From the NCBI GenBank assembly GCA_000708835.1, contig DF237222.1:52564-116563 (forward strand): DNA of 64,000 bases, given 5' to 3'. The notes beneath the pieces are model-generated. The model did no database searches and was not told where the DNA came from. It worked only from the letters and a program-made list of their open reading frames with translations. A program made the position numbers and the translations under genes. This DNA comes from Klebsormidium nitens. Lineage: Eukaryota > Plantae > Klebsormidiophyceae. Position 1 is the first letter of the stretch. Each line of letters starts with the position of its first letter. Positions 48,001-58,911 of this stretch are shown one piece after another.

Positions 48001-51000
48001 TCCGGTTAGAGTGAGCAACAAGACTTACAGGGTTTCGGGCTTGAAACACCCTAAGGTATCGAAGCCTGGTTGTACTCAGTGCTTCCTCGGCATGGTGCAT
48101 CTTCTTGACGTGCAAGGGCCTTGTCAGAACTGACGGGTGCGCTTTGAATCAACGGTTCTGGACACAGTAAGCACTGAAGATCTTTCTTTCCAAGGGCCGA
48201 TCGTTTTGCGGTCCTGCGCTTGCGAGATTGGAAGATCTGTGGGTGTGATGCATATGGGTGGGATCGAGCTTTCAGTAACATAGGAAAGCGCCCTGATGCC
48301 AAAGTACACTGGCTTTTAGATACGTGTTCAGGCAGAGGGACCACAGGAACCTCTGCAAGCCAGGTTCTTACTGCACTTCAGTTGACCTGAAGTGCTGTAA
48401 GAAAATCTGGCCGCCCAACCAAGTTCGGTATCCGTTTGCATAACACTCATTAGGTATCGCTTCGTTTGCATCGGGCACGACCGAACCCTTTTCTGATGAC
48501 CCTGGGAACCCGTCGCTAACCCTTTTTGTTTGTGCAACAGACCTTGCCATCTTACAAGGCGACTACGGCTTCCCGTTCTACCGCTACATCCAATTCGATA
48601 TCCTGTCTTGTGTCAATGGGACCGTGCCAGGTGAGCATCTAGAGTCCCAAAGTTTTTCGAACTTTTTCCGACGTTCGAATCCGTTCTTTTCAAGAGCGCA
48701 AAGTAGCGAAGCTCCAAGAAACCAACTTTGAGACTCTACTTTCACCAGAAGCCTGAAACGAAACCGGTTACAAAATCCGCAGGCAAAGGCTTCTCCGCTT
48801 TGATTTGAGTCCATGTAGCAAATGGGCAAATCGACATGAAATCAAACTGCAGCTGTTCTCAAGGTGTTTGTTGCTTTGTTAAACGCAATTCGTCGTTCCA
48901 AAGTCTGCCTGAGTGCCTTTTCTTCGAGGACCTGCGCCTTCGATGGCGAAGGATAAGTGCTTGTGGGCTCATGCAGATTTACGGCTGTCGACATCGCTAC
49001 ATAAGGATAGCCTGAGACTTCGCGTTTCCAATAAATCTTCAAGCCCAGCAGTAACTGTTTCAATGTGGATGTATCTCAAGCTAGAATCGATACTTCCTCA
49101 CAGCGAAACCCTTCCAAACCGCGGGCCTTGTATTCGTTGCGTCTGCAGGCGTAGTATGCAAGCCCCAGGCGTTCATCGACAACTTTATCTACAACCAAAT
49201 GGAGGCCGTCTTCATCACCTCGCACGACGTGTGGGTGGACGACAACGTGCACATCGGCGAGCCAATGAAGACGCGCCACCTGTACAGCAGCTCGCGCTAC
49301 GACTTCCCCACGGGGATCGCACAGAAGGTGCGGAGACCCAAGGAACTTACAAATGTTTTGGAGATCATGACGACTACGTTCATAATCCTGGAGGCCGGAA
49401 CTTATTCTGAGGGATGTCTGCTGTAGGGTTTCCAGTATTCTTGTCTTTTACACTCCTCTCGGGATTGCAGGCATTCGAGCTGAGTATTGGCATTTGACAA
49501 AAGGTTGGTTGTGGGGGCCAGCGTGCTCTCACGGACACGCTGTAGAGCTGTCTCAAAACGAGACCATAGTTACACGAAACAGTTTGAACACCGGAAAGGA
49601 TTATTGGAGGGGCCCTGGGGCTTAATCAGCGGGTTCGTGCACTCGTCCTGCTATAAATTGTCTCCTTATCAAGTCGACGGTCTGTTGAACCCTTTTGATA
49701 TATTCTGGACTTGTTCTTCTCGATTCAATCAACAATATGTCTTGTAAATACCAAGCTCTCGACCTTACCGAAATCCTAACCAAAGGTTCATTCACGCTCC
49801 GCATCCGCATCCAGTGTTACCCCCCAGCAGACCCCACACGTCCTGGGAGTTCTGTCTTCCTTATTGGTCACTGCGTTTCCATTAAAAATTTTATGTATTA
49901 TTATTTATTGAAATTTATTTCCTGAAACTATGCTTTAACAAAAAATCTTATTTAGCACATTTTGGGAATTTGTTCCGACTACTAAGATACTCGATATGCT
50001 CAAATTATGAAAGAGAAACAATTGGCTGGTTCTAAAGGGATGTCCAATTTTTGTTTAAAAGTGGCTTTCTATTAGCTTGTTGGAATTATGGTCAATCTAA
50101 TGCAGAAGATGAGAAACGGGAAATTATTCTTCACCGCGTCAACTTGGATGCTGACTTTCACACGTCTGCCATAGAAGCAGCACCTATGTCAATTAAATCA
50201 TCAAGAGTTCTTGAGTCTGGGACCGCTTCTTGGTTCGGGACTCCGTGTTCAGCAGCGTTCTCTGCAGACCAGTAGAAGAATCTGAGGAGAAACTTAAAAT
50301 GAGGCACGCCATGCAACTCTGGTAATTTAAGTGCTTCCTTGTGGCGAGTCAGGAAAGTCTGACTCCGAGCCGAGGTTTCAGATGCTTCACCTTTATCAAA
50401 CTGCGCAACTCGCGAATTCGAGGACACTCACGAGCTGCCCGCGTTTCCCCCTTTTCCCAATCATTCAGCTACGGACAGCCTATCTCTCTGACACATTGGG
50501 GAGACGAACACATTGGGCCTCTACAACTCTAGGACTCTGGGCCTGACAATGACGTCACGTCTCTTGTGCGCGCGCGCAGGTGGACGTGTACTCCCAGGTG
50601 CGCGTCCTAACGAAGAACAGCCCCGTCGTCAGCTGGAGCGCCCTCCAGACCACATACCAGGTGAGCCACGTGGCGAGCGGTGATTCGCTCCTTTTGAGTC
50701 CGTAGACTTTGCGGAAGCGAGGGCGGTGGCAGTTCTTAGCAAAGCGTTTTTGGACGTGATTAGCACCCGAAGAACGATTCCGACCAAGTCTTGCCATTTT
50801 GGGTATGTCTTTTGATCCGGCTTTCAGGGCTTGAAGTGCGGAGTGGAGTAATCTTCGCGCCGTCTCATTTAGAGGCGGATTTCAATCCATCAGCCAGGAA
50901 TTTGTGCGTCTAGCCCCGCGCGGTATCACAATCTCTTCAAAATATGCTCATACAGGGGTCTGCCCCGTTAGAAATCGTATTCGGTCCGCGTATGCTCCGG

Positions 51001-52469
51001 TTCCGCCCTCTTACGCAGGACATCGCCGGTGAGCCGTGCATGAACACTCTCGCAAATGCCTGAGATTTTACGCCAGTCCTTTCCCAAGTGCCCTCATCCC
51101 GCGCGCTTATGCGGAGGGCCAGCTGACAAACATCATGCACTAACACTACGCATATAGCCCTCCAAAACGCTGCCGGCTTATGCCCGCGCCACTTGCTTAT
51201 GCAGGACAAACAGCATGGTGGGCCAGCTCGTCACCAACGTGCCAACATCATATTCAGACTTACTTGCCCCTTATGCTCCTTTTCCGCCCGCTTATGCAGG
51301 ACATCACCGTGGGCCAGCTGCTCACCAATGTCCTGTCGACACGTAGCGCCCCTACGGACTCGTACCTCAAGATGTACCTGCGCCTGTCCGCTGACGTCGT
51401 CACGTCCGAGTTGTCGTGTCAGCAGGACTTCCTCAGCATGCTCTCGTCACTGGTAAGCTAAAAACTCGTACTTCTGAGTTCACGAGTTCCGACCGTTCCG
51501 GTCGTTCCGCTGACGCTTTCTACCGCTTTAGAGTGCAACTCCTTTACCATGGTCTCGTATCGAGTAAGCAAGAAACCTCTAGTGTTTTTATTGCACGACT
51601 TCTACCCGTTCCCGTTGTTCCGCTGACGCTTTCGACGCCGGTTTGAAAAGATTCTGCCGATGTGACTTCCTCAGCGGGCTCCTCTACAGCCCGACGAGCA
51701 ATACCAAGAGCGATCACTTAAGAGTCTTCGTAGCCACTTTTAGTTACGTGCGTCCGTTCCGTTCGCTCTCGGCCTCGTTCCGCGAATGTCTCGCCCAGTC
51801 GCCAAGAGCTGCGATCTTGAAGATCCTCACCGTTTGACTCATCCGGAAAAGTTCCTCCGCCTTTCGAATGGGCGCTTGTAGTCAGCACGACGTCCTGACA
51901 AATGTTCCAAGCGTGGGAGAGCGCTCGTGCAGCTTCCAGACAAGCTCAAACGGAAAGAGCGCAGGCTTTTCCCCTCAATCTCTGAAACACGCTCCGATTC
52001 GCCAATGTGTCGACGGTTGGACCACAAATCTGCAACGAGATGCCGCGACTTTTTCGAACGGTTTCCTGCCAACGTCAGTTTGTCGTCTGCTTTTTTTTTA
52101 AACACGCAATCTCTTTGCTTTGCGGCCCCCTGGAGCCTTTCACCCCGGCGTTTCGTGGCTTCTTTTAATCCCCCGTCATAACCGACCGCCCCATGACTTT
52201 GATGAACAACGATACCGTCTTTTTCTCTCTTCACCCCTCCGATTCCTAGCTGTTTCCAGACCGAGGTCACGCCGTTATGACGTGACGCCCTCGCTCCTTA
52301 CGCGCAGAGCTCACCCGTGCATCTTGTATCGCAGGGTTCCATTTACGCGCTGCTGATGCTCGTGTTCGGCAAGCCCGGGGAGCTGTTGAACGGCTGGCTG
52401 TACGCGCGCGCGAACCGGCCGACCCGGGAGGGCTCCGCCGGGTCGGTGGAGCGGGATCCGGAGCTCTAG
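45093..52469 (+). CDS. Uncharacterised two-transmembrane protein (~435 aa) with large Cys-containing loop; 9 exons
   Basis: Exons 45093-45292, 46263-46360, ~46612-46766 (acceptor uncertain), 47314-47530, 48541-48630, 49149-49327, 50580-50660, 51300-51452, 52335-52469 (1308 nt). Phases are compatible, internal exons are GC3-rich, and donors are canonical. TM1 is SGFLLTVLSVLIFLAFSGY; TM2 is FLSMLSSLGSIYALLMLVFG. Confidence 0.78.
47490..48040 (+). repeat. Three decayed copies of the exon4/intron4 donor junction of the 2-TM gene
   Basis: GA(T/C)GGC...TCCAGTCGGA|GTGAGCACCAAGACTT units with GT at 47531 (functional), 47691, 47856 and 48011; period 155-165 bp. Confidence 0.88.
51000..51330 (+). repeat. 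Two decayed copies of the intron7/exon8 junction of the 2-TM gene
   Basis: CTTA(C/T)GCAG|GACA units at 51019 and 51205 (the latter followed by GTGGGCCAGCTCGTCACCAACGT); the functional exon starts at 51300. Confidence 0.75.
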
Positions 52470-53729
52470 ACGGGAGCCCGGCGATTATTTTGCAGCTGAG
52501 GGGAAGTGGGGGGGGAGTATAATCTGCGTTTGCAAGTCGGGGATCGATCCCCGAGGGAGGTTTCGCTTTTAGCTCTGCTTGGTCAAGGGCCGGCGGTTAA
52601 ACAGACTTCTCACCCTCTCTTTCCGGTAGAAGGGCCAGAAAACAGCTACCAATGTTGGTTAACGGCAGGAGTCCTCTGTGGGAGATGGCGCGAGAGGACA
52701 AGTTGCAGGTAGGGAGGATTGCTTGCAGTTGGCGGGAATGGCCGGCGGTAATTTTGCACAGTGGGGAGACGTACGGAAAAGCCGGTTAGGAAACCGAGCA
52801 GAAAAGTCACGAAAGCAGGGGGCGACTTGTTAGCGGGGCGACTTATTAGCGGAAACAGGACACGGAGGAAGGGAAAAGAAGAAGCGAAGTTTGGTTGTTG
52901 CATGCATAGGAGAGATTTAGAGTTGGTTCAGGCGCAGCACGTTGCGGCCGACGTGCTCCGCTTGGTGATAGTTTCTGGCAAGCAAGACCATTATAAGTCA
53001 GAATATATATATACCTTGTATGTTAACTAGAACCTGTACGTATTTATTTATTGGGCCGTTTGCCGGCGAAGCGACCGCTTTTTGGAGCTACAGTTGGGAG
53101 AGCAGCCTGGGAGGCCGTTGCTTTAGTATGCGGACGAAGATCTAGACGAGGCGCGTTGGATACTTCGTCGTAAATTGCTGATCTACAAATTCAGCTAGCT
53201 AGACTTGCCAAATCAAAACTTTTATTATTGGTTTAGAGGCTTGTGCAAGTACTGAGTTGTGGACACTGGAAGCAGGATCATCAACCCCTCCAGAGTCAAT
53301 TGCACAACTTGAAGGATCAAGCTAAGAAGCAATAATACATAGGCCTTCGGCCTATATTTTAAAGTCGATTCATTCATCCTTTCTTATTAATTCGAAAACC
53401 GTCATCGAAAGGTTGCGTTTTTACAAGGATCGACGGGCTAGCTTTCATCCATATAAGCGACTTGCATGATCTGCGAGTCCACTCAAGCTAGCCACGATGA
53501 GCCGTCATGAAGGTCGTTTCCTGGCAAGTTGTTCCCGCAATCATTGATCTTTGATGGCGCTGCCAGCCACTTATGATGCAGCCTATCAAGACATGTATGT
53601 GATTCAGTCCTCTCTAGACGTCCGTACGTCTTGCCTTACAGTCTTTCATGCATGACATGGTCCGATCCAGATTGAGTCACTCCGACCACTTGTTGCGATC
53701 TGCGCTAAGCTAGCTCGCACAGCGCCAAT

Positions 53730-56700
53730 CACAGGGCGGGTTGGCTGCGAACCGGAGCCACGAACCGGATCGGCTCCGGATTGGCTCCGGTTCCTGCCCT
53801 GAACAGGCGAAGCGCACAATTCTGAGATGGCCGAAACGCTGTCACAGCCGTCCGATCTTCACCTAATGAAGCCAGTCTGAAAGTGCATTTGGGCGTTAGG
53901 TGTTAGCGACCAGGACCAGACTCGTAAGCTTGACCCCCGCTCTTGGGCTGGAAAGAGCAGATCGGAGCCGTCAATCTGTTGACGTTGACAAGATGGACGA
54001 TAGTGATAGCCTCGCCGCTTGTCCCTCAGCCATTTGGAAATTGTGCGTTCCGCCTGTGAAGCACATTCCGCTTTGTGCGAACCGGACCCAGCGCTCCGGT
54101 TCGCCAGCAAACCGGCTCCGGTTCGCACAAACCGCGCCCTTCCGAAGTCCGGTTCGCGCGATCCGGAACCTTGCTGCACCCGGTTAGTGCGAACCGGCTG
54201 CAAACCGGAGCGGGTTCGAGCAAACCGGGCTCGAACCTGCCTCTGCTGGGTTCAAGCAGGGACAAGTAGCTACAAATACAGTAAGGACGTCAATTGGAGA
54301 CCCATCCAGAAACGGGGAAGTAAACATTGCAGTTCCAAGTCAAACCGAGTCAGTTCGGGGAGCCAATGAGATCAAAGGTTTCCTTAAATTGCGTTGCTGT
54401 TCTTGAATAAGTCCAGATGCGGCGTCCTCGTCCAGGTCTATGTCACGTCCGTTGAGCTCAGGCTAGCTAATCTCGGATGCTTATTGCTAATTAGGCTACC
54501 TTGCCCTTTCTAAGGTGACCTCCAGCTAAGCTGTACTTCTTTGTGGAACTTGCAGGCGGAGGTGCAACAGAGTCGGCCTCCAGATTGAGGCCGAAAGGAA
54601 GTCTGCGGCTGCAAGAAAAAAGAATGAGGGGGTCACTTAAGGGACCAGGATAGGTGATAATGAGAACAGAACAGACGCAAACGCAAACGCAACCGCACAC
54701 TGCTGCTCATAGTTCTTGAATTGTGTCGACGTAGAGAATTGCGGCTTCGACATAGAACAGGTCTTTGGCAAGAGAGTAGACTGTTGAACGAAAATTGACA
54801 AAGCAGAGACGAAGACGAACCAGGCTTCATGCGCCGCTCCGAAACTAGGCACGAATTGAACGAATTAAACGACTTTGTTGTGTTGAATTTGAACAGGTGT
54901 CGACTATAAAAGATCACTGAGTGACGATGTATCAGAAGCACGCTTACTTTCATTCGACTCAAACAATCGTGATGACAGACCGGAACAATCTTCATGGGCA
55001 CCTTTCAGATATGCATGCTTTCCTTGCGATACCAGTCATAACGGCACTGAAGTCCGTTCTCTGTTCGAAGAACGCGAAGCGTACTAATGGTAACTAGCTA
55101 ATCGGTACCTAAACCGTAACGAGAACTTACTCACCAGTCACGCAAAGCCACGTGGCACTATGACGCATTAGCATCGCACGCCGTATCTCCTCCCATTTCA
55201 CGTCCTCGTACACGCGCTCCGTCTCCAGTACTACGGCGCCACCTAAGCGCATTAAGCCTTTACGGTGCGCATCTTAGCGTACGCCACCGAGAGACATTGA
55301 GAAGCTGGTGTTTCCTAAAACTGCAGAGTTTCAGTGGATAAGATGAAGAACCGCTGAGAAGCTTTGATGGGTTATCGAGGTGAATTTTGCCGTTCCTACT
55401 GAAGTTTACGGTACCCTTTTTGAACGACGCGCACAGAGTTCCATTCAGTAAGATGGAGGCCGTGCAAGCGGGATGCACTCCTCGCATGCTCCCTCAAAGA
55501 ATGCTAGGGCACCTTTCAGGTCGAAGAGATGTACGAAGGAATTGTCGGATAAGCAAAGAATCTTCAATTATCAACCCGCGAGTCGAAAGTGGCTGCATGG
55601 GCTTCAGTTTCAAGGGCTATTATGAAAGATAAGCTCTTGTGAGTATCGAGGAAGAGACGGACTCGGATCAACGTTGCAGTCTGATGCAACCGTGTTTCTA
55701 ATCCTGCCCTTCTAAACCCTCGTCAGTCCCGCTGACGACCTTTATAGGCAGATCAGCTGTTGTTCCCTTCATCGTTTGCCATATCAGCAGATCTCGGGCT
55801 CCCAAGCAGGAGCTCGACCGGAAGCCTCATATTGTCTTCGTGCTCAAGGTTGGAACCTGTTGCAATCCATATGACTGATGAAGCGTCCCCTTATGCTTTC
55901 CCTTGAAGGAGATGCTGAAAAGCGGGATCCTTCACCTCTGCGGAGAGGACACCACGGGCTGGAACGAGCAGTTCACCATGCTTACGTCATACGAGCAGCA
56001 AGCCGCTGAGGCGGCCGCGGCCAGCTTGACACCGGGGGACATGGGGCTCGAGCAAACCAAGCTGCGCATTCGCGAAGACTTCCGCTATGTGCTGACTGCA
56101 AGAAGAAGGTAAGGCTTATATGAAGGAAGCAAGGGTTAGGCAGTCGGGCGTCTTTGAAATTGAATATGTGAACGGTCTCCGGTCTTCAATCATTGTGTCC
56201 CCGTTCTGCCGCTTGAGTTTTTTTGGAGATCGTGTCCACAGAAAACGGAAGATACTCTGGTTCGTTTCCAGAAGGCGACAATAGGTCGCTCGTACGATAT
56301 TCTTACCTGTAAGGACTGGTAACTGATTCGAAGGACCCGCAAGCGTGATCATAACGCTTGTGATCCAGGTTTGTGGCAAAAGAGTTGCATGAGGACAACA
56401 GCGTGTATCCGATTTCAATGTCCCGTTTTGACAGATTGCTCACACTTCTCACTCTGCTCTCCTCTGCAGCAATAACGGGAAAACTTGAGTTCGAACGCAG
56501 AAACAGGTAAGCTAGCTGAGTCTCTTACAGCATTGGGCGCTTCCCTGTAGTAACTCGGGCAGCCATCGGAGCTTTTATGTGCCCATCTGCTTCAGCGAAA
56601 GCTCTCTCCGTGCTTCGCGCGATAGGGAGTGTGCACACTTCCGTTTAGCTTGGCAATTCGCATCCCAGATTCAGACTGGCGCCTCTTGTTCGTAAGCATC

Positions 56701-57914
56701 AATGGTGCAACGCGCCCTTCTCCTTTAGGTCACTTACCATGAACGGCCGCGGTTCTGACGGAATTCTGTTGTTTTTGTTTGGTGCAGGTAGTCGCAGCCT
56801 AGGTAGTCAGCCCGAAGTCGTCCTAGTTTCAAGGCATCAAAATCAGCTGTACACTGCAAGGGTGTCCCCGGACTCATTTTGCTGTTCAATACAAGTCCGG
56901 TGAGCACGATTCGGACTGTGGCAATGAACGACACTTTTTGTAAGTGGGCTCGTTGCCCTTTTTAATCAGCTGGTCGACAACACGCACTCCAAGTCGCTGG
57001 ACGTCTACGCAAAGTCGTTTGTCCCAACGATTGCCACGTGCACCGAGCTTGTGTGAAGTCAAAAGAGTGCTTCCGGGATCTCCCTGAAAGTCATATCCTG
57101 TCGTAACCCGCAGTCAACGTCAGATCCGCGTGCTTTGCGGTGGACTTCGGAGTTTGTGCCGGCAGGCTTGGGACTGCCCTGGGTCTTACAAACCGTCTTG
57201 GAGTTTTCCGACAACTACTAACCGAAGAGATAGCCGCCTTTACTGACGTCTTTCAGAATGTTGGGTTGTGTGACCTTTGCGAGATCGATGATCCGAATTC
57301 TTGTAAACGAAATGAGAAAGGGTGAGCTATCGCTGTATCAAAACTTTCAACATAGTCTCCATTTCTTTCAGTTTCCAGTTCTTCTCTGCTTTCACCGTTG
57401 GTTCGACGCGTGCGGAAGTCCGAATATGGTCGCAAAGGCAGCAAAGAGTACGCGGCCCAGGCAGACTAAGGGGTTTCTATTTCATTAGCGGGTCCCGTAC
57501 TTCGACGCTTGGCAATAGTTCAGGCGCCGCAACCCGAGTATTGAAGCCGTTAGTTCTTGAGCTATAGTCCTCCCTAGTCTTTACAGTACGTTGTTCCGGA
57601 ATGCGCTCCGTTTCCGCTCCGGTTCGCCAGCCAGAGAGGTTCTGGTGGCCAGAGAACCGGAGCGGAATTCCTTTCCGGTTTGCACAAATTGAGGCCTGAG
57701 ACCGGATCCGGTTAGGGCCAGGTTCGCGCCAAACCCGTTCCGGTTCGTTGGACCGGTTTGCTCAAACCGGACCCGCGAACCGGCTCCGGTTCCTCCGCCA
57801 CGTTTCCGGACCTGGCAGGGGGCCCGGTTCGGGTCCGGTTCGCGTGAAACCGGCCTCGAACCGGGGGCGAACCGGAGCCAAACCGGCTCCGGTTTGCAGC
57901 CAACCCGCCCTGTG
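53730..57914 (+). mobile_element. Decayed hAT-superfamily DNA transposon (~4.2 kb)
   Basis: 30-bp TIRs with one mismatch: CACAGGGCGGGTTGGCTGC(G/A)AACCGGAGCC at 53730 and its inverse ending at 57914. Dense subterminal AACCGG/CCGGTT motifs at 53740-53800, 54075-54240 and 57600-57900. Transposase relics: EDTTGWNEQFTML (~55945-55985, cf. TRWNSxxxML) and RFPVVTRAA..AFMCPSASA..GSVHT (~56535-56640, cf. hAT dimerisation domain). No TSD found. Confidence 0.75.
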
Positions 57915-58911
57915 CAACGTCTACATGCGATTTACTGACTACTTTTAATGACGATGTGCTGTAGAGCGCAAAAGGATTGCTCATAGTTCAATCGGACATG
58001 ATGACCGTACACCTAAATTAAGAGAAGTCTTTTAGGGGAAGCTCGTCACACACGGGCATTGAGTTCATGGCAAGGATTGTCGGAGTCATGACAGTCAGTG
58101 GCCGTCCAGCTACTCTCAATTCTGAATCAATTCCCGACGGTTGCAGCTGCTGGCAAGTCTGCAAGGTGACTTTTCGTTCATATGCATATGGAGTGCATGC
58201 AATTGTACCTTGGTCATGCACAAACTTTGGCTAAATCTATGAGAGATTTATTTGGAGACAAGTAATTGAGTTATTGACAGTCCAAACACCTATAGATACA
58301 GGAATGGAGAGCCTGTAGAAATTCGCGACTAAAATTGTTTTGGTCAGCTCAGGGCACTCAGTCGGTTTTTCAAAAAGGGACAGAAGCATGTCGGCATTCC
58401 TCTACAATTACAATGTCAACGCAGTCAATGGAGGCGGTATGGCTGGCACAGTCTTATTCAGAAAGGTCGACCAACTCTACCAGTGCGAGACCTATCAGAA
58501 TCCCTAAGTGATTTGGACCTCGAGGCACGCTTGCAACCACGTGCCAGGTTCCTGTTCTCCACGTGGCGTGCCTCCACTCGTTGGCTCATGTACCCAGCTC
58601 TTTCCAGCGCGAAGAAATCGGTGTTGCACTGTTTGAATGTCTTGAGCCAGTTCGCTAAAACTAGGGGGACTTGCGGCCCAGTTTGGAGCCAACTTGTCAT
58701 CATTTGGAGGAAGCTGTGAATCAGGAGGCTGGAATGGCCCTATTGTTCATGCTTGACGAGGGAAAAAGGTTAAGCCTAACGCTCGTTCGGCAACAGCCGT
58801 CATTTTGACGCTGCGGGTCTGACCTTGGAGCGCATTTGCTCCAGCCCTGAAGGCTCCATTTGGGAGCGCACTGGCGTATTCGTTTTGGTTTGATTGAGTT
58901 CTCTCGTCCCT

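Noticed and set aside
54019-54369. ORFs over the AACCGG-rich clusters (also 57712-57984)
   Set aside because: These are by-products of transposon subterminal repeats.
58458-58719. Short ORFs downstream of the orphan ORF, considered as DIRS/retroelement gag or RT
   Set aside because: No RT (YxDD), RNase H, integrase or tyrosine-recombinase motifs found, and no LTRs identified.
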